A DNA stretch of 64,000 nucleotides from Oceanispirochaeta sp. (GTDB lineage: Bacteria; Spirochaetota; Spirochaetia; DSM-2461): the NCBI GenBank assembly GCA_963666275.2, contig CAXXOA010000002.1, positions 736,001 through 800,000 on the forward strand. Direction: 5' to 3'. The notes under the pieces are model-generated. The model saw only the letters and a program-made list of their open reading frames with translations. It was not told where the DNA came from and did not search any database. Positions 57,707 to 64,000 of the stretch are shown piece after piece. How positions within the stretch are numbered: the stretch's first letter is position 1; each line of letters starts with the position of its first letter. Made by a program: the position numbers and the translations under genes.

Positions 57707-59473
57707 ATGCAGCTATCGATTGAAAAATTCTTTAAATATCTGGCTATTGCAGGCTTTATCATCCCTTTTGCCATCATCAGTCTCATCATTACTGGTATGT
57801 ACAAGAACCGTCTTGTGGATCAGCAGATTGACAAACAGGTCAGGGTGAATGAATCTCTTAAAAAAACGGTCCTTGATGAGCAGGTCCGAGACTGTGAGTC
57901 AGTGCTGCTCAAGTACACAGAGGATCTGGATGTTCTGTCGGAGGAACAGCTGCAGGATATTATCCCCATCCTCAAAGGGGAGTGGAATATCCTCAGAGTT
58001 CTGCTGCCCGCCAATGCGGTTTTTTCTTTAATCCGGGGGGGCCTCAGGTATGAGATTTCTTCTTCCGGTACAGATTCTGTCCTCTTTGATCAGCAGATCC
58101 CCTATATTTCCGGCACGGACTTTCCGGACGACCGGGTCAGCTGGAGTATTCCCTATCAGTCAATTTATACAAGGGAAATTATCCTTACGGCTGTGGTCCC
58201 CCTTAAGTCTCCCGAACCGTCCCTTCTGGCTCTGGACATCCCCATGAAGGAGTTTGTTTCCCGTTTTAAAGAGGAAACGGAACAGAAAGGGGAGAAGTTT
58301 CTGGTCCTCCTGAGCGGGGATGAGGTGATCAATCTCAATCGGAAGCTGAATGAGCCTGTGGAGTACAGCTCTCTCTATGACTGGGAGCTGCTTCTGGATA
58401 AAAAGAACTCGGTTCACCAGATAGGACTTCTCGGTAAAAGATACTATATTCTCACAACCTATCTGGAATCCATGGATTTCTATCTGGCCTCCCTTATTCC
58501 CTACAGGATTGTACTTCTTGAAATTATTCCCGCCATGGCAGTGAACGGGATCATTCTGATTCTGTCATTTATTCTTATTTACTGGGGCATCAAGAAAGTC
58601 ACCGGAAGGATCAGCAGCAATGTCCGCCTGATGAATGATTATATGGCAGCTATTGAACGCGGGAATTATCAGATCCGAAACTGCACCACTGAGGTTACCG
58701 AATTTCTTACTCTCAACAGGAGCCTCAACAGTCTGGTGGAAACCCTGGCCTCGAATATTACAGACCTGGAAAAGGGCAACCGGGAGCTGGCCGATCAGAC
58801 CGAGCTGAAAACCATACTGCTTCATATGATCAGTCATAACGCATCCACACCGGTGACGATCCTGCTGAATACAGCCTATGAAAAGCTGGAAGACGAGGAT
58901 AACGAGGAGATCCGGCAGATGTATATTGCCGCGGGTAATCTGCGGACACTGATGGAGAATATTATGGTTCTTCTGAAGCTTGAGGAGGGATTCTCAGGGC
59001 TCCAGGAGGAGATCATTAATCTGAACGATCTGACCCGGGATGTCTGTCAGATGTACGAACCTCTGCTGGCGAGAAAGGATCTGGCATTCGACCTGGATTT
59101 ACCTGATCTCTTCTGGAAGGGGAACTATTTTCTCGGAAAAGTCCTCCTCGAAAACCTGATAGAGAATGCTCTGAAATACTCTTTTCATGGAGGGACTGTC
59201 AGCATCTGTTGTGAGAACACCGGTGAGGAAGTCAGGTGGACCATTTTTGATAACGGCCCGGGGTTCAGCCGGGAAGACAGAAAAATGGCGTTTACCCGTT
59301 TTAAAACCCTTTCCGCCCGTCCTACCGGAGGAGAGTCCTCCAGCGGTATCGGTCTGTTCCTTGTAAAGCAGATAATGCTCCGCTGCGGCGGGAATATCCG
59401 GATCCTTCCGGAAGAGGATCATTCCGGAGGAGCGATTGAGCTTCTGTTTCCCGGGGCTTACGCGGAGACCTGA
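57707..59473 (+). CDS. Sensor histidine kinase with Cache-like periplasmic domain and HAMP
   Basis: Two TM; WSIPY...LALDI; ISHNASTP H-box; NLIENALKYS, DNGPG, GIGL. Confidence 0.88.
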   Translation: MQLSIEKFFKYLAIAGFIIPFAIISLIITGMYKNRLVDQQIDKQVRVNESLKKTVLDEQVRDCESVLLKYTEDLDVLSEEQLQDIIPILKGEWNILRVLLPANAVFSLIRGGLRYEISSSGTDSVLFDQQIPYISGTDFPDDRVSWSIPYQSIYTREIILTAVVPLKSPEPSLLALDIPMKEFVSRFKEETEQKGEKFLVLLSGDEVINLNRKLNEPVEYSSLYDWELLLDKKNSVHQIGLLGKRYYILTTYLESMDFYLASLIPYRIVLLEIIPAMAVNGIILILSFILIYWGIKKVTGRISSNVRLMNDYMAAIERGNYQIRNCTTEVTEFLTLNRSLNSLVETLASNITDLEKGNRELADQTELKTILLHMISHNASTPVTILLNTAYEKLEDEDNEEIRQMYIAAGNLRTLMENIMVLLKLEEGFSGLQEEIINLNDLTRDVCQMYEPLLARKDLAFDLDLPDLFWKGNYFLGKVLLENLIENALKYSFHGGTVSICCENTGEEVRWTIFDNGPGFSREDRKMAFTRFKTLSARPTGGESSSGIGLFLVKQIMLRCGGNIRILPEEDHSGGAIELLFPGAYAET

Positions 59474-60330
59474 CGTTTCCCTGAGATTCGCAGGAATAAC
59501 CAGAGAACAATATTCAAAAGAATAATCCCCAGGGTCAGCAGGGTTTTGATCAACCATATCCCCCTGAAGTCCAGAACCAGAAAGCTGTCCAGATAATCTA
59601 CCTTTTTTACAGTCCTGGCCCTGCCGGGCTGAAGTGTGCTGAGGTTATAGCCTTCGGTTCCTTTCTGAAGAAGGCCGAAGTAATCATAAATATTGAGTTC
59701 CCCGATTTTACTCTGGTCCGGATGCAGGATCGTTTCTCCCCGGAAATTGACAAGGAAAGCTGTCTGAAGTCTCCCATGAGAGTATTGCTTCAGAATCTGC
59801 GAGACCTCTTCGTAGGGGACAAGGTACCCCAGGACTCCGATGAGATTTCCCGGGGAGCTGTATACTTTCTGATTGTAGTAGATGTAGAGTTTCCCCTTGA
59901 GGGAGTCATAAAAGAGTTCATAATCCTCGTTTTTGTCAGAGCTGATAAAGTTATAGTACCAGCTGTCTCTGGGATTTTCGGGGCTCATCTTTACTTCTGT
60001 TCCCGCAGACTGGTAGACAATTTCTGACTGGGATGAGGCAAAATCCAGGGCATCGCATCCTGTTCGTATGGCAAGATCTTCCAGATAGGCATCCAGGTTC
60101 TGTCTGACCCGGGGAGATTCAATCCAGTCAGATAAAAACCGGGCATTTATTTTCTGTTCTTCCATAGACTGAATGGGAGCCATAATTGTATTGAGTTCCT
60201 GTTCCACCCTGGTAATGATTCCATTGGAGATTCTATTATAAAACCAGAAGTGATACAGTGTATTTATCAGAAGCAGAAAGAGAAGAGACGAGAGAATTGT
60301 TGTACTTAGTATGACTTTTTTACTATCCAT
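59458..60330 (-). CDS. Stand-alone Cache-domain membrane protein with no cytoplasmic output domain
   Basis: TM, then RDSWYY...GNLIGVLG...AFLVNFRGETILHPD, then TM, ending about 9 residues later. Confidence 0.7.
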   Translation of the reverse strand: MDSKKVILSTTILSSLLFLLLINTLYHFWFYNRISNGIITRVEQELNTIMAPIQSMEEQKINARFLSDWIESPRVRQNLDAYLEDLAIRTGCDALDFASSQSEIVYQSAGTEVKMSPENPRDSWYYNFISSDKNEDYELFYDSLKGKLYIYYNQKVYSSPGNLIGVLGYLVPYEEVSQILKQYSHGRLQTAFLVNFRGETILHPDQSKIGELNIYDYFGLLQKGTEGYNLSTLQPGRARTVKKVDYLDSFLVLDFRGIWLIKTLLTLGIILLNIVLWLFLRISGKRQVSA

Positions 60331-60514
60331 TGCAACTTGAATTTATAGCTTCTTCCGAAAATTGGCAACTATGGATAGATAAATACTGATAAGATACCCC
60401 CTGATGGGGGTATTTTGTTAATTATTCTCAGAAAACTGGATAGCCTGGAAAGAAAATTTAAAAATTAAGGTTTTTTTAATCCTGCTGTGAAAAGCTTGGC
60501 AGGGAAGGAAAAAA

Positions 60515-61207
60515 ATGAGTTTAAATGTTCTAATCGCTGAGGACCTTGAGTATCTGCGGAGTTATGTCTCAAAAATACTGCAGAAAGAAGGCTACCGGAC
60601 TCTGGAAGCTTCCTCAGGAGAAGCCTGTCTGAAAATACTGGGAGAAAACAGTATTGACCTTATCCTTCTGGACTTGAACCTGGGTGATATGGATGGACGG
60701 GACATCATCAGGATTCTCAGAAGGCAGTACAACGATATCCCCATCATGGTGGTTTCCAATTTCACCGAGATCGACATAAAGGTGAAAGCCTTTGATCTGG
60801 GATGTGATGACTATCTGACAAAACCATTTTATAAAAAAGAACTCCTGGCAAGGATCCGACGCCTTTGCGCCAGAACCTCTCCGGCAGCAGAGAGTAAACC
60901 GGCTGTGAAAAAACTTGAACTGGGCCCCTTTCTTGTGGATTATGCCAATTTCAGGGTTTTTAAAAATGGATCTGAAATTCATATGAACAGGAAACTTCTC
61001 GATCTCTTTACCTATTTTGTTTCCCATCCGGAGCAGGTCCTGACAAGAGAGTTGATTCTTGACAATATATGGAAGGGCCAGGACTTCCCATCAGAAAACT
61101 CTCTGACAGTCCATATTCATATGCTCCGGGATCTCATTGAAGACGATCCGAAAAAACCTGTGTATCTGAAAACAAAACGAGGAGCCGGATACATCTTCAA
61201 GGTCTAA
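60515..61207 (+). CDS. OmpR/PhoB-family response regulator
   Basis: DLILLDL, GCDDYLTKPF, VHIHMLR, TKRGAGY. Confidence 0.93.
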   Translation: MSLNVLIAEDLEYLRSYVSKILQKEGYRTLEASSGEACLKILGENSIDLILLDLNLGDMDGRDIIRILRRQYNDIPIMVVSNFTEIDIKVKAFDLGCDDYLTKPFYKKELLARIRRLCARTSPAAESKPAVKKLELGPFLVDYANFRVFKNGSEIHMNRKLLDLFTYFVSHPEQVLTRELILDNIWKGQDFPSENSLTVHIHMLRDLIEDDPKKPVYLKTKRGAGYIFKV

Positions 61208-61215
61208 GGGCTTTT

Positions 61216-62097
61216 TTAAAAATCAAAGAGTCTGTAGTTCAGGGCATCGGCCATATCGATCTTTTCGGACTGCTGCAGATGGTCCTCGAATATCTCCGTT
61301 TTCTGCACCGTGCCTCCCGACGAATCGATCACAAAAAAAGCGTTCTTGGGATACTTCTTCTTGATTTCAATCAGTGTGGCTGTGATCTCTTCGATATTGG
61401 CCGGGTCGTCGTCGCTGACGCCGAAGCGGTGATGGGGGCTGTAGCCGTACTTCTGAAAGGCCTTTTCCACCGACCGGTGGAGGGCCTCTTTTTTCAGTAT
61501 GGAAATGGGCGTGTTCAGTTCGGGGTCTCCCAGGTCCCGTCTGACTCTGGGGTTCGAGACGGGATAGATTGTCAGCAGGTTGGGTTTCCGGAGGAGGAAG
61601 CCCTTACGGTAGAACAGGTTCATAGCCCGTTTTATCGTTGCCGGCTGATGCCCCCGGGCGGTGATGATCGAAACAGGCCTGCCGTTCAGGACGGCATAGA
61701 AAAAGTGGTTCCAGCTGGGGCCGTGCCACTCCCATTCGGGCTTTTCCAGAGCCTTTTCCAGATCAATCTCAATGTACTGACGGCGTTTCTTTCCCCGGAC
61801 CCAGAGGGGATACTTTTTATCCCGGAAGTTCCGGTAGGATCCCACCGAATCGTCCCTGTTGACGTAATAGTCCGCGTATTTACCGCTTCTCCCGATGGTT
61901 CTGGTGTTCTGAGCCAGTTCGGCCGAGCTGATTTCTATCTCCTGATGGGTTTCCTTATGAAACAGAAGGATTTTTGTTCCCACAATGGCGATATTGTCAT
62001 CCAGGTCAAAAAAATAGAAACTGCGCCCGCCGTGACGGGCATTTCTGTCTTCCTTGTAGGGGAGCCACTGGGCAAGGGGCAGCTGCTTCTGGGGCAT
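61216..62097 (-). CDS. Uncharacterised HAD-superfamily-like protein
   Basis: FFDLDDNI (motif I), IITARGH (motif II), GVSDDD (motif IV); TGATG coupling to surE. Confidence 0.65.
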   Translation of the reverse strand: MPQKQLPLAQWLPYKEDRNARHGGRSFYFFDLDDNIAIVGTKILLFHKETHQEIEISSAELAQNTRTIGRSGKYADYYVNRDDSVGSYRNFRDKKYPLWVRGKKRRQYIEIDLEKALEKPEWEWHGPSWNHFFYAVLNGRPVSIITARGHQPATIKRAMNLFYRKGFLLRKPNLLTIYPVSNPRVRRDLGDPELNTPISILKKEALHRSVEKAFQKYGYSPHHRFGVSDDDPANIEEITATLIEIKKKYPKNAFFVIDSSGGTVQKTEIFEDHLQQSEKIDMADALNYRLFDF

Positions 62098-62825
62098 CAG
62101 AGTCTCTCTTTCAGAAGGTTCATATACTGATAGTCCGTACGGTTGATCTGTATGGGAGTTATGGAGACATAGCCGTTTTCCCAGGCCCAGACATCTGTTT
62201 CGGGCAGGTTTTCCGTTTTATTCCAGTTCCCCCTCGCCCAGATCAGGCCGTCTTCCTCAATAAATTCATGATTAAAGGGACGCAGCCCCATCTCTGTAAT
62301 TTTAATCCCCTTCAGCTCTTTAAACTCTTTCTGGGGAAAGTTGATATTGATCACCCTTTCCCTGTCCAGAATATCCGCCGCAAGAACCTTGCGGATAATC
62401 TCCTTCAGGTGGGGTCTGGCGCTGTCCAGACCCGCAAAGTCGGCGGAAACAGCAATGGAGGGAACGCCGCAGATAATCCCTTCGGAGGCTCCGGCCAGGG
62501 TTCCCGAGTAGATGATATCTGTTCCCACGTTGGGACCGTCATTGATTCCCGAAACCACAAGATCCACAGGGAGGTTCAGTCCGTACAGGGCGAATTTCAC
62601 ACAGTCCGCCGGTTTGGCCTCCAGGCTCCAGGCATCCATGGAGTCAAAGAGCTCCTTCCGGTGGTGCACTCTGAAAGGTTCATGGATCGTAATGCCGTGA
62701 CCGATAGCGCTCTGCTGAGTGTGAGGCGCCACAACAGAGACCTTACCGAAGTCTCTCATTGTTTCGGCCAGAACTTTTATTCCGGGAGCTTCGATCCCGT
62801 CGTCGTTTACAAGGAGTATATTCAT
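62097..62825 (-). CDS. surE: 5'/3'-nucleotidase SurE
   Basis: ILLVNDDGIEAPGI, KPADCV, VSGINDGPN, YSGT, YVSITP. Confidence 0.95.
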   Translation of the reverse strand: MNILLVNDDGIEAPGIKVLAETMRDFGKVSVVAPHTQQSAIGHGITIHEPFRVHHRKELFDSMDAWSLEAKPADCVKFALYGLNLPVDLVVSGINDGPNVGTDIIYSGTLAGASEGIICGVPSIAVSADFAGLDSARPHLKEIIRKVLAADILDRERVININFPQKEFKELKGIKITEMGLRPFNHEFIEEDGLIWARGNWNKTENLPETDVWAWENGYVSITPIQINRTDYQYMNLLKERL

Positions 62826-62831
62826 GAAAAG

Positions 62832-63632
62832 TTAAACCAGTCCTTTTCTGATCCTGCTTGAGATCATATCAATAATCGTAACTGTCACTACCAGGACCAT
62901 TACAATGATCATGGCCCGGGGCCAGGCCCTTGTCCGGATGGCGAAGATCAGAGGGGCTCCGATCCCCCCGGCTCCGACCAGCCCCAGAGTGGATGCCGCT
63001 CTCATATTGATTTCAAAACGGTAGAGCGTGTAGGAGATCAGTTCGGGGCTGACCTGAGGCAGGACGGCCCGGAAAAGGACTTCCATGCTGGAACCGCCGC
63101 AGGATTCCAGAGCTTCTTTAACCCCCATATCCATGCTTTCGATGGCTTCGCTGAAGAGTTTTCCCAGCATACCGATCGAGTGTATTCCCAGAGCCAGGAT
63201 ACCCGCGGGGGCACCGGGGCCCACAACGCTGATAAAGATCAGAGCCAGAATGAGTTCGGGAAATGTCCGGATCATGGTAATGATGAACTTTCCCGCCAGA
63301 GAGGCTTTGCGGCCCACTATGTTCTGGCTGGCCAGCAGGGCAAAGGGGATGGAGATCACAGCGGAAACAAAAGTACCGCTGATGGCAATGGCTATGGTTT
63401 CGATAATCGCATAGGGAAGGCCGTCGATGGTCATATTGGCCATATAGCCCATGTCAGGATGGACGATCCCCTGGAGAAGAGAAGAAATAGTTCCTTCTGC
63501 TGTGGCCATGACTCCCTTGTAGGGAATGCCCAGCATTCCCCAAAGGATCAGAACCGCCAGGCCGCCGTAGTTGACTACCCGGTAGATTATCTGACCGGCC
63601 GATATATTTTTCTTTACAATGATATTTTCCAT
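62832..63632 (-). CDS. phnE: Phosphonate/phosphite ABC permease PhnE
   Basis: RTFPELILAL, GMLGKLFSEAIE, LYRFEINMRAASTLGLVGAGGIG. Confidence 0.9.
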   Translation of the reverse strand: MENIIVKKNISAGQIIYRVVNYGGLAVLILWGMLGIPYKGVMATAEGTISSLLQGIVHPDMGYMANMTIDGLPYAIIETIAIAISGTFVSAVISIPFALLASQNIVGRKASLAGKFIITMIRTFPELILALIFISVVGPGAPAGILALGIHSIGMLGKLFSEAIESMDMGVKEALESCGGSSMEVLFRAVLPQVSPELISYTLYRFEINMRAASTLGLVGAGGIGAPLIFAIRTRAWPRAMIIVMVLVVTVTIIDMISSRIRKGLV

Positions 63633-64000
63633 TAAACCAACCTTTTTCTGATATGGGAGCTCACCAGATCTATGACCAGAACCACCGCAAAGGAGATCAC
63701 TATGATCACACCGACCCTGTCAAAGTTCCGCCAGGCCAGGTTGTGTTCGAAGGTCTGGCCGATTCCTCCGGCTCCGACGTATCCCAGCACCGCGGCTGCC
63801 CGCACATTCACTTCAAACCCGTAGAGGGTATAGGACATGAACTGGGGCAGGATCTGGGGCATTATGGCGTATCGCAGGATATTGGGCTTGTCCGCACCCA
63901 GGGACATGAGGGCTTCCACCTGTCCGTAATCGATCGCTTCTATAGATTCGTAGGTCAGTTTGGAGATAAGGCCGAAGGTAAAGATCGACAGGGCGATGAC
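63632..64000 (-). CDS. phnE: Second PhnE permease; 5' end lies outside the window
   Basis: Open frame to the window edge: ...ISKLTYESIEAID...LYGFEVNVRAAAVLGYVGAGGIG; TAATG coupling to the next phnE. Confidence 0.88.
   Translation of the reverse strand, partial: VIALSIFTFGLISKLTYESIEAIDYGQVEALMSLGADKPNILRYAIMPQILPQFMSYTLYGFEVNVRAAAVLGYVGAGGIGQTFEHNLAWRNFDRVGVIIVISFAVVLVIDLVSSHIRKRLV

Noticed and set aside
1..64000. CRISPR arrays, tRNA/rRNA genes, IS elements, integrases, prophage or anti-phage defence genes
   Set aside because: No regularly spaced direct repeats, cloverleafs, or transposase/integrase/nuclease-defence motifs seen; intergenic gaps are short and mostly explained by promoters and terminators.

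Overview
Gene-dense bacterial chromosomal window, about 50 CDS, with no rRNA, tRNA, CRISPR array, transposase or prophage that I could recognise. Cys-less 'FAGGSQE'/'MAGGNQE' signal peptides on the solute-binding proteins and the gene repertoire suggest a free-living spirochaete (Spirochaetaceae-like); this is an inference. Contents in order: an LVIVD-like lipoprotein and a CsgG/PEGA surface protein; an RRM RNA-binding protein with a long leader; an FMN-binding/FAD-dependent exported oxidoreductase, its LysR, and a NapH-like/2[4Fe-4S]/FNR fusion; AraC plus a fucose-isomerase-family enzyme; a c-di-GMP/two-component block (GGDEF, two HD-GYP regulators, two hybrid kinases, a Cys-rich PAS protein); MarR-MFS and MarR-MATE units; a second, Tat-exported flavoprotein plus LysR; a BMP-type nucleoside ABC transporter; a RimB-like peptidase plus a RimK-RCK_C fusion, downstream of pseudouridine synthase, GGDEF and beta-CASP genes; an MCP; a metallophosphoesterase; a LacI-controlled ABC/PfkB/GH4/SIS sugar operon; pirin; a kinase, stand-alone Cache protein and OmpR regulator; and a phnE-phnE-surE-HAD operon running off the right edge. 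Best candidates for new biology: (1) a possible NAD(P)H-to-extracytoplasmic flavin reductase electron conduit, with two flavoprotein-LysR modules that share identically spaced promoter architecture; (2) a RimK-RCK_C/RimB-like glutamylation module that may respond to cyclic dinucleotides; (3) a PTS-independent kinase/GH4/SIS catabolic route. Three signalling genes carry single-base lesions (an in-frame TGA, a C7 frameshift, a 1-bp deletion) that could be real or assembly errors. All family calls come from motif recognition by eye; no searches were run.
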